Shown here: positions 20,607-31,279 of the stretch, piece by piece
Layout of the letters: each line of letters starts with the position of its first letter
How positions within the stretch are numbered: position 1 is the stretch's first letter
Assembly (NCBI GenBank): GCA_947588885.1
Contig: CANQAH010000002.1
Span: 1-61,720 of the forward strand
DNA: 61,720 bases
Direction of reading: 5' to 3'
Source of the DNA: an uncultured Clostridia bacterium
GTDB taxonomy: Bacteria; Bacillota; Clostridia; TANB77; CAG-508
Notes under the pieces: model-generated
What the model was told of the DNA's origin: nothing
The model's input: only the letters and a program-made list of their open reading frames with translations
Database searches by the model: none
Position numbers and translations under genes: made by a program

Positions 20607-22310
20607 AATATAAAAAGAAAATAATATTGATAATATTATTTTTAGTATTATCAATATTATTAATTATTCCTTTGGCTTGTTGGTGTGAAAATGAAATTGC
20701 AATTTGTTTTGAAGAGAAGATTATAAATTATAATATTGAAAATATAGTAGATATTTATATGACTTGTTTTTTGAATAAAAAAATTTTTCAAATTTGGCTA
20801 GTAAATACTTTTATTTTATTTTTATTTTCATTCAATATAATATATACAATCAAAAAAGCTAAAATTGAATATAAAGGAATAAAATTTAAAAGAAATGATG
20901 GAACTTTTGGAACTGCAGAGTGGATGGAAAAAAATGAACTAACTAATTGTTTAGAAGTAGGAACAGGGAATGGTTTAATTTTGGGTGAAATAGATAATCA
21001 AGTTATAACACTTCCAGAAGAAACTTGGTTGAATAAGAATGTTGCCGTATTTGGAGCAAGTCGGAAGTAAAAAATCTAGAGGATATGTACTACCTAATAT
21101 TTTAAATTTAGCAATTCATAACAAGTCTATGATACTTACAGATCCAAAGGGAGAACTTTATAAAAAAAGTTATATATTTTTAAAAAATCAAGGATATATT
21201 GTAAAATTATTAAATCTTGTTGAAATGGATAAGTCTGATAGGTGGAATCCGTTATCCGTGATTGAGAATGAAATCGATGCACAAATTTTCTCAGAAATAG
21301 TAATAGAGAATACTCAACTTGATAAAAGTAAAGGACAAGATGAATTTTGGTCTAGAACTGCGCAGAATCTTTTAAAAGCTCTTATCTTGGGACAAATTGA
21401 ATTACTTAAAAACAAAGAAGATAGATCTATATCCAAAATATATAATACTTTATCCACAGGCGATATTAAATCAATTGATAGGTATTTTGTTAATATACGA
21501 GGACCTGGAAAGATGAGTTATAATATATATGCTCAGTCTACTGATGTAGTTAAGCAAAGTGTAGTTACCGGCCTTGCAACAAGATTACAAATATTTCAAA
21601 CCAAAAAGTTAAGAAAAATTACTGATAAAAATGATATTGATTTAAAGATGCCAGGAAAAGAAAAATGTGCATATTTTTGTGTAACTTCTGATATGGATAG
21701 CACATTTGATTTTATTTCTAGTTTATTTTTTTCTTTTCTTTTTATTAAACTAATAAGGATGGCAGATAATAATACTTCAGGGAAACTTGATATTGAAACA
21801 TATTTTTTATTAGATGAGTTTCCTAATATAGGGAAAATACCAGATTTTGAAAAAAAATTATCTACTATGAGAAGTAGAGGATTAAATACAAGCATTATTT
21901 TTCAAAGCATTGCGCAGCTAAAAAATAGATATTGTAATAATGTAGACCAAGAAATACTTGGAAACTGTGATACCAAAATTTGTTTAGGATGTAGTGAAAT
22001 GTTAACTGCGGAATATGTTTCAAAATTACTTGGAACATCAACAGTTGAAACCAATACTATAAAAAAAGAAAGTGGTTTTGATGGCAATTTTACTTATGGA
22101 ATGAACAGTATAGGTACAACTAAAAGAAATCTAATTAATCCAGATGAAATAATACAATTAGATAATAATCAAGAGATAGTTATTTTAAGAAGCCAAAAAC
22201 CATTGATTTGTAAGAAATATGATTATTTAAAACATAAATCAGCAGAAAAAATAAAAATACTAGAAGACAATTATATTCCTGAGTGGAGGAAGGAGGAAAG
22301 TAATGAATGA
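20603..22310 (+). CDS. VirD4/TraG-family type IV coupling protein, with a +1 frame break inside the Walker A codons at in-frame CGG (21062-21064)
   Basis: join(20603..21061,21063..22310). Two N-terminal TM helices. Reads ...NVAVFGAS|GSKKSRGYVLPNIL...LTDPKGEL...RWNPL...FLLDEFPNIG across the break. The P-loop reads GASGSKKS (K where G is expected). Confidence 0.8.
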
Positions 22311-23100
22311 TAATAACAATTTTGTAATGCAAAATTTGTATTCATCAATGGAAAATTTAAAAATATTATCAGGTACAATAACTGCTTTAGAAGTAGAACA
22401 AGATGGTAAAAAGAAAGTTGATTGTGCAATTATTTATTATCAAAATATAAAAATTATTATTCCTATACATGAAATGAATATTAAGCAAGAAAGAAAATAT
22501 TTAAGAAATATGTTAGGTGCTAAAATTGATTTTATAGTATTAGAAATTGATGAATTAAGGAAATGTGCTGTGGCATCAAGAATAAAAGCTATGAAAATAA
22601 AACAGAAAATAGAATTTAATAAATATATTGTAGGTGATATTGTAGAAGCCACAGTAATTTCTGTAGGAATAAAGCATATTAAAATTAATTGTTTGGGTAG
22701 TGATTTAAATTTAAGGGTAGATGAGCTGAATTATGGCTATATACAAGATGCAAATGAATTTTATTCAGTAGGAGACATTATAAAAGTAAAAGTATTAGAA
22801 ATAAATAAAGATGCTTTAGATTTAAAAGTTTCTGTAAAAGCATTAATGAAAGATCCATATGCTGATATAAGAATCTATTATACAGAAGGTGGAGAATATG
22901 TTGGCAAAATTACAGGATATGCTCCTAATGGATTATATATAAAGTTAAGGCAAGGAATATATGCAGTTGCTACTATTCCAATATGGATGAAATGTAGTCC
23001 TAATTTAAATGATTCTGTAATAGTGAGATTATATGAAATTAACGATAAAAAAAGAAAAATATATTGTTCTCTATTGAGAATCATTAAAGAAAATAAATAG
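22303..23100 (+). CDS. S1 RNA-binding domain protein
   Basis: Two S1-like OB segments (GDIVEATVISVGIKHIKINC..., GEYVGKITGYAPNGLYIKL...). Its start overlaps the T4CP stop. Confidence 0.55.
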   Translation: MNDNNNFVMQNLYSSMENLKILSGTITALEVEQDGKKKVDCAIIYYQNIKIIIPIHEMNIKQERKYLRNMLGAKIDFIVLEIDELRKCAVASRIKAMKIKQKIEFNKYIVGDIVEATVISVGIKHIKINCLGSDLNLRVDELNYGYIQDANEFYSVGDIIKVKVLEINKDALDLKVSVKALMKDPYADIRIYYTEGGEYVGKITGYAPNGLYIKLRQGIYAVATIPIWMKCSPNLNDSVIVRLYEINDKKRKIYCSLLRIIKENK

Positions 23101-23103
23101 ATG

Positions 23104-23137
23104 AAATCCCTTCTGAATTATTTAGAAGGGATTTTTT
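23104..23137. terminator. bidirectional terminator
   Basis: AAATCCCTTCT-N9-AGAAGGGATTT followed by a T run, between convergent genes. Confidence 0.7.
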
Positions 23138-23149
23138 GATGAAATAATA

Positions 23150-23506
23150 TTATAGATTGTATTTCAATATTATTTTTTTTATTTCCAAAACTAAATTTTT
23201 TTTCAAACAATATTTAAATTTATAAGAGAACGTAGTGTTATTTAATAAAAGATTTTCAGTTAAAATAATTATATAGGGAAGATTGGAATTAATTTTTAAG
23301 TTTTTAAGTAACTCATAATCAATATATAATTCTTTAAAAATTTCATGTTCAATTATAATGATATCAATTTTTGTTTTATCAAGAATTTTTAACATTTCAT
23401 TTTGACTAGATACAATTTTAACTAATTTTATAGTATTTTTTATATTTTTATTATTCTTGAGATTTCTTAAAGTATTTTTTTTTAATACACCTAAAACATT
23501 TATCAT
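23150..23506 (-). CDS. degenerate receiver-like protein
   Basis: CheY-like strand/helix periodicity (IDIIIIEHE, PYIIILTE) without the canonical acidic pocket. Confidence 0.35.
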   Translation of the reverse strand: MINVLGVLKKNTLRNLKNNKNIKNTIKLVKIVSSQNEMLKILDKTKIDIIIIEHEIFKELYIDYELLKNLKINSNLPYIIILTENLLLNNTTFSYKFKYCLKKNLVLEIKKIILKYNL

Positions 23507-23618
23507 AATTTTTTCCCTTTAAAACATTTGTGTTTATATATTAGATGTAAGATTATTCAAAAAAGGTTGCAAATATATACAATAAAAAATAGTTTTGGAC
23601 AATTTATTACAAAATTTT

Positions 23619-23633
23619 TGTATCTTTTGTATC
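23619..23633 (+). promoter_or_regulatory. TGTATC-N3-TGTATC direct repeat upstream of the 23697 gene
   Basis: TGTATCTTTTGTATC lies 64 nt before the ATG. The same motif occurs at 45680 and, on the minus strand, at 32621. Confidence 0.4.
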
Positions 23634-23696
23634 ATTTTATACTTTGCAAGAAATACATGATAACTTATTCATATAAAAAAATAAAGGAGGGAAGTT

Positions 23697-26600
23697 ATGA
23701 AAAAAATTAGACTAAAAATTGTTGTATGTTTACTAGTTTTAATAATACTACTAAGTAATATTATGCCAGTAGTAAATGCAGTATACAACGAACTAGATTT
23801 ATCTGATAATCTAGAAAATACCATAGCATCTAATGATATAACTGAAAATAGTTCAGATAATAGTAATATAGTTCAAAATAGCATGAATGATGATTTGAAC
23901 GAAATAAGTTATTTTGAAGTATTACTTGCTGGAATATTAGTCCCCAAAGACAAGTCATTTACATACTTAGATGTAAATGAAATAATTTCTAACAATACTT
24001 TTTCGCAGAATGGATTATGGGTTTCTGAAAATTCTAGAAGCTATATTATTAATTTATTAAATGCAATTAGCAATGATAATTATATTATAAAAGATAACGG
24101 CTTTCTAGAAATTGATGAAAACAATCCTAAAAATGAAGAAAATCAATCTGCAGAATATCTTTATTATACAGAAAAGATAAAAGAATTAATTGATAATCAA
24201 GAAAGTGTTACAGTACTTGGCATTGAAGAAACGTATAAATATTTAAATACTTATGATAATGAAATTTTGGATATGATTATTGAAGATGATGAATATGCAT
24301 TACAATTTAAAAATGAAAATAATAATTCAAATATATCTGATATTATAGTACTAAATGCAAAAATTTATAATACTGAAAATAAATTAGATTCTAATATAAC
24401 TTTAGCAAATAATCTTTTAGAGTCTATTTTTAATGATGATGAGGATTTTAAAGATTTTATTGAAAAACAAGATAAACTTGAGAATGAAGAAAATGAACAA
24501 GATATAGTGCATAAAACGGAAGAAAAGGAAGTTGAACAAGAAAATGTAACAGAGGAGAATGTAAAAGAGAATGTTAATGAAAATGTGACAGAAAAAAATG
24601 AAGAGATTACAAAGAAAAATATCTTTGATGATAGAGTTTCAGAGGATATTTTTAAAAGTGTCCTTGCTGGTATGATTACAAAAAATTTATGTTACGACAA
24701 TGTAAATGAAATCATACAAGATGAAATAACTAGAAATGATGGAATTTGGATATCAAAAGATTCAAGAGAAAATTTTTTGAAATTTTTAAATAGACATACT
24801 ATATATACGTATTCAGTTGATAGCGAAGGATTTTTAGTATGTGATAACATTATGAAAAATAATCCGGAATTAGATTTTTTAGAGCCAGAGGAAACAGAAG
24901 TAGATATTGAAATTAAAAATATATTAAACTTAAAAAAATTTGTTGCAATTCAAATTACTGATTCATACCCAATATTACAAAATGAAGAATTAATAACGAC
25001 ACAAATTGATAATGGTAATTATAAACTTACTTTTGAAAATAATGATAAAAGGATAGTTTTATTAAATAGTAAATATTACTTAAATAATAAGTTTGATTTA
25101 GCTTTGTCTGATTATTTCGTGAAATCATTGCAAAACATAGAAAGTAAGGTCTTAAATGGAGAGTTATTAATGAATACTAATGATGGAATAGCACTAATTT
25201 CAGATACTTCTAAGCCTGGTTATATGTCTTCTGCAGAAAATGTATATTTTGGACCTGATAGTTCAAATTATGCTAAAGTAGGAAGTGTTAGTAAAGGTGA
25301 AAAAGTTTATCTATTAGGACAATCTGCAGGTTGGTATCATATTCAATATTTAGTTACAGGTTCATCTAATCAAAAATCAGGTTTTGTACCTGTGAGTACA
25401 GTTAGTAATGACTATTATGTACATGAAGAGCAATTGACTGGTGGTCAAAGATATACAACACATGGCATTGCTGTTCAAAGCTGCGACGATTTCGATATTT
25501 CTACACAAGTGGGTAGTATTTTTGAAGGTGAAGGAGTAACTTTAATATATAGTTATGGATATTCAGATGGAAGTAAATCATATGATTGTGCTTTTGTGGA
25601 ATTTAGCACTGCTACTGGAACGAAAAGAGGATATATGTATACTGATCAATTAGTTGCACCTTCTTATCGTACAAGTGTTGCAAGAGTAAAAACTACTAGT
25701 TCAGCATATTCTGGACCGGATCAAAGTTTCGTAAAACTTGGTGGTGCATACTATAATGAATATGTATCAATTTTAGCTAAAGAAGGAGCATGGGTATTAG
25801 TAGAATATAATACTGCAAACGGAAGAAAAAGAGGTTTTATGGATTATAATAAACTAAGCAATTGTAATTATCCAACGGGTGGATATGCAGATTTCCCAAT
25901 AAGATATGGTCTAATGAAAGCAACTAAAAAGCTTACAGTATATGGTGGTCCAAATTCAAATTATGCTAATATAGGTTCTATATTTGATCAAGAAGTAATT
26001 ACTGCTTTTACAATTGAAAATGGATTTAGATATGTAGAATATAGCACATCAAATGGAGCTAAAAGAGGGTATGTTGATAATTCTTCTCTAGTTGATACTA
26101 CATCACCAATTATACCTGATATACCTACTTATTCTAATTTTACATCTGGTGTATATGGAACAAGTGGATTAGGTAAAGATTTAAGATATTATAAAATAGG
26201 AAATGGTCCAAATGTTGTTTTTGCAGTATTTGAACAGCATGGTTGGGAAGATGCTTGGGCATCAGACGGAATAGAATTAGTTAATATTGCTGATCGTATG
26301 ATGAAAACATTATCTAATACTGGAATTTCAAATGATTGGACGTTGTATGTAATTCCTTATGCAAATCCAGATGGGATTACATCAGGGTATACGAATAATG
26401 GACCAGGAAGATGTACAATTACAACTAAGATTGATATGAATAGGTGTTGGCCAGCAAGTTTTGTCAAAAATACATCTAATAGAAACTATACTGGTGAATC
26501 TCCTTTAGAAGCAACAGAAGCATTATATTTAAAGAAATTTTTAGAAAGTAACCATAGTATAAATGCAACAACTGTATTACTGGATATACATGGTTGGTTA

Positions 26601-28100
26601 AATATCACATATGGGGATTCAGATGTTGCATCTTATTTTAATCAGCAATTTAATAATTCTCATAGAAATTCATATGGATCTGGTTATTTAGAAACATGGG
26701 GAAAAAGTCAAGGTTATAAATCTTGTTTAGTAGAACTTCCAATGCCATCATCTTCTAGCTATATTATTTCAAATGATTATTCAGGCAAAGTTACTAGAGC
26801 AATAACTAATTTGACAAATAATATGAATGGTATTGAATCAGGGGAAAAAGTAAATGAAACTGTAAAAGTAAAATCTACGGGCAATTGTAATATTAGAAGT
26901 GCTCCAACTACGTCTTCGGCAGTAGTTGCAACTGTGTCAAATGGGACAGTATTAACAAGAGTTAGAAAAGGTGTGGCAACAGCTAATGGCTACACGTGGG
27001 ATAAAGTTATTCTTGATAATGGAACCCAAGGGTATATAGCTACTAACTTTTTAGTTAAAGTTGACAGTACTTTTGGATATGAATATAATACAGTGAATGA
27101 TGATTTTAAAGTTATTAAAGCATATTTAAGGTTCAATAATTTAAACTTTGAAGGAGCTATAGATAATAAATTTGATAATGAACTTTTGGATGCTATTGAA
27201 GAATATCAAAAACAGAATGGTATAACTGTAAATGGAGAATTAAATCCTGAGACTCTTGCTAGTATGACATTTTTTACAGATAATGATGGGAAAATAATTC
27301 GTGATTCTCGTTATAATGCATATATGAAGATTGCAAATTATTATATAGATAACAAACAATTAGTTGTAGATAGTAATAATTATGTTTTTGGCCAAATTAG
27401 TCCTAATATTAAAGATGCGTATTCAGACGAAAAAGATAGAGAAGATGCTAATTTTGACTCTATGAGTACTTCGGAAAAAAATGCTAGACATGATGATTTG
27501 TATAATACCAAAAATTCAATAGAACAATTATCGAAAGATTTTTCAGGTTTGTTTCCATTAGCATCTGCTGCATTAGCCAATTATTGTACTGGTGAAGGTG
27601 CGGATATGGTATATTTCCTTGATACACTATTTGAAATTCCTGTCGTAAAGGAAAAAATATATGAACCATTTATATCTCAAGCTATGAAAACGAGTGAAAA
27701 TTTTATAGATGGTGACTTGAATTTTACTGAATTTTCTCTTGAAACTGAAATGGGATGTGTAGTTGAAAAAGATTTAACAGATTTTAATAAATCAGATTGG
27801 TACTTAGGTGCTCATCGTTTCTACTTAGGAACTCATGCGGTGACAACAAAAGCTTTAAATAGTAATCAATATTCAATGAAATTGTATATTAACTTTAGAG
27901 ATTATTACGATTGGGATAATTCATCAGGAGATGTTATTGCTTGGCCAGGATTGCCAGATTCATATATTGAAGAAAAAGAATTGAGAGCTTTACATTATGC
28001 AGGTATATGTAAAAATTTTGAAGCTACTGGAATATATATATTATCTGTGGAATGGACAGAGGGACAATCATTTTCTCAAGCTAAAATAAAAATTTTATAG
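23697..28100 (+). CDS. 1467-aa secreted multidomain cell-wall protein (duplicated N-terminal module, 4x SH3b block, M14 zinc carboxypeptidase, SH3b, PG_binding_1, unknown C-terminal domain)
   Basis: Signal peptide. SH3b-like repeats (GWYHIQY, AWVLVEYNTANGRKRGF). M14 motifs (EQHGWEDAW, ANPDG, LDIHGW). PG-binding segment LDAIEEYQKQNGITVNGELNPETLASM. Confidence 0.8.
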   Translation: MKKIRLKIVVCLLVLIILLSNIMPVVNAVYNELDLSDNLENTIASNDITENSSDNSNIVQNSMNDDLNEISYFEVLLAGILVPKDKSFTYLDVNEIISNNTFSQNGLWVSENSRSYIINLLNAISNDNYIIKDNGFLEIDENNPKNEENQSAEYLYYTEKIKELIDNQESVTVLGIEETYKYLNTYDNEILDMIIEDDEYALQFKNENNNSNISDIIVLNAKIYNTENKLDSNITLANNLLESIFNDDEDFKDFIEKQDKLENEENEQDIVHKTEEKEVEQENVTEENVKENVNENVTEKNEEITKKNIFDDRVSEDIFKSVLAGMITKNLCYDNVNEIIQDEITRNDGIWISKDSRENFLKFLNRHTIYTYSVDSEGFLVCDNIMKNNPELDFLEPEETEVDIEIKNILNLKKFVAIQITDSYPILQNEELITTQIDNGNYKLTFENNDKRIVLLNSKYYLNNKFDLALSDYFVKSLQNIESKVLNGELLMNTNDGIALISDTSKPGYMSSAENVYFGPDSSNYAKVGSVSKGEKVYLLGQSAGWYHIQYLVTGSSNQKSGFVPVSTVSNDYYVHEEQLTGGQRYTTHGIAVQSCDDFDISTQVGSIFEGEGVTLIYSYGYSDGSKSYDCAFVEFSTATGTKRGYMYTDQLVAPSYRTSVARVKTTSSAYSGPDQSFVKLGGAYYNEYVSILAKEGAWVLVEYNTANGRKRGFMDYNKLSNCNYPTGGYADFPIRYGLMKATKKLTVYGGPNSNYANIGSIFDQEVITAFTIENGFRYVEYSTSNGAKRGYVDNSSLVDTTSPIIPDIPTYSNFTSGVYGTSGLGKDLRYYKIGNGPNVVFAVFEQHGWEDAWASDGIELVNIADRMMKTLSNTGISNDWTLYVIPYANPDGITSGYTNNGPGRCTITTKIDMNRCWPASFVKNTSNRNYTGESPLEATEALYLKKFLESNHSINATTVLLDIHGWLNITYGDSDVASYFNQQFNNSHRNSYGSGYLETWGKSQGYKSCLVELPMPSSSSYIISNDYSGKVTRAITNLTNNMNGIESGEKVNETVKVKSTGNCNIRSAPTTSSAVVATVSNGTVLTRVRKGVATANGYTWDKVILDNGTQGYIATNFLVKVDSTFGYEYNTVNDDFKVIKAYLRFNNLNFEGAIDNKFDNELLDAIEEYQKQNGITVNGELNPETLASMTFFTDNDGKIIRDSRYNAYMKIANYYIDNKQLVVDSNNYVFGQISPNIKDAYSDEKDREDANFDSMSTSEKNARHDDLYNTKNSIEQLSKDFSGLFPLASAALANYCTGEGADMVYFLDTLFEIPVVKEKIYEPFISQAMKTSENFIDGDLNFTEFSLETEMGCVVEKDLTDFNKSDWYLGAHRFYLGTHAVTTKALNSNQYSMKLYINFRDYYDWDNSSGDVIAWPGLPDSYIEEKELRALHYAGICKNFEATGIYILSVEWTEGQSFSQAKIKIL

Positions 28101-28112
28101 GAGAAATAAAGT

Positions 28113-28836
28113 ATGAAATCTTATAAAAAAATAATAGTATTAGTATTCTTTGTGGTTATAGTATTAATTACATTTTATATTCTTTGTTCAAAAAATTTTG
28201 CCTCTATTAATTCAAATGAGCAAAGTGTGATTAATGAAGATTTAACAGAGAATAGCGTACCAGGTATTGATGAATCTATTGAGCTTAAATTTAAAAAAAT
28301 ATATGATAATATGGAAGATAATAATAAAAAAATTGCTACTATAAATAATAAAGATATTTTTCAAAGTGACTATGATTTTTATAAATTTTATCATCATGTA
28401 AAAGATGAACAATCTTTTGATGAATTTATATTAAATGAAATAATACTTCAAGACGCAGAAAAAAACAATTTAGAAATTACTAAAGAAGAGCAAAAATATA
28501 TAGAAAATTTAATAGAAGAGTATAAAAATAATAAATCAGAATTGGAGAAAATTGGCATTTCGGATACAGAAAAGTACATTAATACTATAAAAAAAGAACT
28601 TGAAAAGTGTGATTTAGTAGTAGAGTATAAAGGAAAAATTATAGAAGAAATTAGAAAACGGAACTTTTAATACAGATAGTGACATTATAAATGATAAATG
28701 TAAAAAATATAATGAACTTAATAAGAAATGGATTAACCAAGAAGTAGAGCTTAATGAGTTAATAACTTTAAGAGAAGAAATTGTCAATGATTATATATTA
28801 TTTTTGAAGGATAATAGTAATATAGTAATTTATTAA
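28113..28836 (+). CDS. membrane-anchored SurA-N/PrsA-like protein, extended 58 codons by a +1 shift at in-frame CGG (28659-28661)
   Basis: join(28113..28658,28660..28836). The zero frame stops 3 codons after CGG. The +1 frame (GTFNTDSDIINDKCKKYNEL...NIVIY) stays open until 21 nt before the next gene's ATG (28857). Confidence 0.5.
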
Positions 28837-28856
28837 TTTTAGAGGCATTTAAAAAT

Positions 28857-29234
28857 ATGAAAAAATATATATCCAAGATTCAAATTATATTATTTGTTTT
28901 AAATTTTATATTTATATTATTGATTTTATTATTAAGAAATTTTTTTAAAGGACCACTTATTTTAATAATTACTCATGTAGCTGTTGGGTATATTATATTT
29001 TTTAATTTAATAAATTGTATTATATATATATTAAAAGAAATTTATACTTTTTTATATCAGAAAGAAAAAATAAATTTAAGAATAAAAAAAATGATAAGTA
29101 AAATATTTATTTTAATAGGAATTGTTTTAAGTATGTTACTATTATTTATGTTTTTTATATTTATAAATTATTTTATTGATGGAATAATTAATGAAATGAT
29201 ATTTTATAATTTGGAATTGATAAAGTTAAAATGA
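28857..29234 (+). CDS. small polytopic membrane protein
   Basis: Three to four hydrophobic helices. Function unknown. Confidence 0.45.
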   Translation: MKKYISKIQIILFVLNFIFILLILLLRNFFKGPLILIITHVAVGYIIFFNLINCIIYILKEIYTFLYQKEKINLRIKKMISKIFILIGIVLSMLLLFMFFIFINYFIDGIINEMIFYNLELIKLK

Positions 29235-29252
29235 TAATTAAGAGGGCGTTTT

Positions 29253-29879
29253 ATGAAAAAAAATATTATTTTAATTGGGGTTATTATTGTAATTATATTT
29301 ATAGTTATTACTGTACCAAAGAATAATAAAAAAAATGATATAGTAAATACGGAAAAAGAAAATTTAGATAATCATAATAACAGTCTAATATTAGCAGATA
29401 TTTTGAATTATGATAATGAGATATTAATTACAGAAGATAATGTTGATAATACGAACAAAATAATTGAAAGAGCCAATTTGGCAACAGGTATATATATATC
29501 TAAAAGTTCGACAGAATTGTTTAAGAATATACTATACAATGTTTTTGGTGAAGGATATTATGATATAGATTCAAATGGATATTTAGTGAAAATAAAGGAT
29601 ACACCAATACAGGATGATATTACAGAAAAAATCAATAATTATATTAGTTCTGATCAAAAATGTATAGTAATTCATATAAGTGATTCATATAAGGGAATAC
29701 TAGATAATGGTGCAATTTTAGATTTTATGATTGAAAGAACAAATTATGTTCAAAAGTTTAGTTACAACGAAAAAATTGATATTGCAATTTTAAATTCTAG
29801 CTTGTTATTAGAAAATAATAATACTGATATAACATCAAAGGAATTTTATGAAGAATTTTTAGTTAATATATTTAATTAA
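29253..29879 (+). CDS. secreted protein paralogous to the N-terminal module of the 23697 protein
   Basis: GIYISKSSTELFKNILYNVFGEGYYDIDSNGYLV parallels GLWVSENSRSYIINLL...DNGFLE and GIWISKDSRENFLKFL...SEGFLV. Confidence 0.6.
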   Translation: MKKNIILIGVIIVIIFIVITVPKNNKKNDIVNTEKENLDNHNNSLILADILNYDNEILITEDNVDNTNKIIERANLATGIYISKSSTELFKNILYNVFGEGYYDIDSNGYLVKIKDTPIQDDITEKINNYISSDQKCIVIHISDSYKGILDNGAILDFMIERTNYVQKFSYNEKIDIAILNSSLLLENNNTDITSKEFYEEFLVNIFN

Positions 29880-29880
29880 A

Positions 29881-29920
29881 AACAAAAACCTTCTATTTTT
29901 AGAAGGTTTTTGTTTTGTTT
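29881..29920 (+). terminator. rho-independent terminator
   Basis: AACAAAAACCTTCT-N6-AGAAGGTTTTTGTT followed by a T run. Confidence 0.75.
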
Positions 29921-30325
29921 GAAATTATAGTATGATGTCTTATTACTGTCGTTGTTCTTATTATTATAAAAATAATAAACTAAAATTTAGATTTTAGTTT
30001 ATATGTTGATATAGAAGATTAATTATATTTAAATTTAATTTAAAAGTCATGATGAAGTTATAGATACTAGGAAAAGAAAAAATGATTTTGATATCTTACA
30101 TTTAGAGTAAGATCCTAATACTATAATTTTTTATTTCTAAAATTGAAAATTCTTTACGAAAAAATATAATATTATATTGAAATAAAACTTAATAACCTAA
30201 CTATATAAAGAGAAAATTTAGTTTCAAATAAATGTGAAATAAAAAAATCAGATAATAAAGTATTATAAATGTAATTTTAATTGCAACCAATTTATATAAA
30301 TAGTATATCTAAAATATAGAAGGAG

Positions 30326-31225
30326 TTGATTTTATTGAAAAAAAGTATCAAATTTTTATTAATATTTACTGTGGGGTTAATATTTATTTTAATAATGTAT
30401 TTTATTAAGTTTAAATTTTCTTTACAAAATAAACAGGAATTAAATACTGTGAAATATAATTTTAAATTATTTAATGCACAGAATTCAATTTCTTATAATG
30501 ATTATATGGATTATATGAACGGAATATATTATAAAAAAATATCTGATTACAACGAATATAAAGAATATAAAAAAATATGGCCCGATATTCTTGAAATGAC
30601 AGAGGATAGTTTTGATAATAATTTTATGATTATTACTGCAACTGAAAATATTTCTATGTCGAGATTAACTTTAGGTGAAGTTTATACACAAGACGATACA
30701 TTATATGTTGGATTAAAAAAAGTAACTAACGCAGAAGAATTTAATGAAGAAAATAATGGGATTTCTATAATTATTGACAAAGAATTAGATTCTAAAGAAA
30801 TAGAAGTGTTTAAAACAATAGAAACAAAAGAATACTTAACTAATTACATAAATATTAAAGATCTTCCATATGAGTATTCTATTTCAGAAGCAATGAGTGA
30901 CAATTGTGTTATTATTGAAAATAATAAGTGTTATAACATAGAACAATTTAATGAATTTATATCAAAAACATCTAATAGTATAAATTCAGAAATAAGAATT
31001 GTTATTATAGATGAAGCCACTGGAATGGAAATTATGGATATCAAATATATAGATTCTCTTGGTAAATATATTGTGTGTAGAGATAGAACAAGAATAGAAC
31101 CACATTATCAGAAGTACAATTATTATGAATATAATTCTTTTGAAAAATCAGATATAGACGAAGGTCATAAATATACTTTTATTAATAGTGAAACTAATGA
31201 AAAACTAGAATTATATACAAAATAG
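30326..31225 (+). CDS. membrane-anchored protein with a DUF4362-like C-terminal domain (tentative)
   Basis: N-terminal TM. The C-terminal segment DNCVIIENNKCYNIEQFNEFISK...IRIVIIDEATGMEIMDIKY resembles DUF4362. Confidence 0.45.
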   Translation: MILLKKSIKFLLIFTVGLIFILIMYFIKFKFSLQNKQELNTVKYNFKLFNAQNSISYNDYMDYMNGIYYKKISDYNEYKEYKKIWPDILEMTEDSFDNNFMIITATENISMSRLTLGEVYTQDDTLYVGLKKVTNAEEFNEENNGISIIIDKELDSKEIEVFKTIETKEYLTNYINIKDLPYEYSISEAMSDNCVIIENNKCYNIEQFNEFISKTSNSINSEIRIVIIDEATGMEIMDIKYIDSLGKYIVCRDRTRIEPHYQKYNYYEYNSFEKSDIDEGHKYTFINSETNEKLELYTK

Positions 31226-31228
31226 AAG

Positions 31229-31257
31229 AGAGGCGTTTCAGAAGATGAAACGCCTCT
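31229..31257. terminator. bidirectional terminator
   Basis: 11-bp GC-containing stem AGAGGCGTTTC/GAAACGCCTCT with a 7-nt loop. Confidence 0.7.
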
Positions 31258-31279
31258 TGAAGATTAGGAATTATTTGCT

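Noticed and set aside
23528-23710. A 60-aa ORF overlapping the promoter and RBS region of the 23697 gene.
   Set aside because: It has no RBS, spans the TGTATC motif and the RBS of the large gene, and its composition is typical of non-coding AT-rich DNA.
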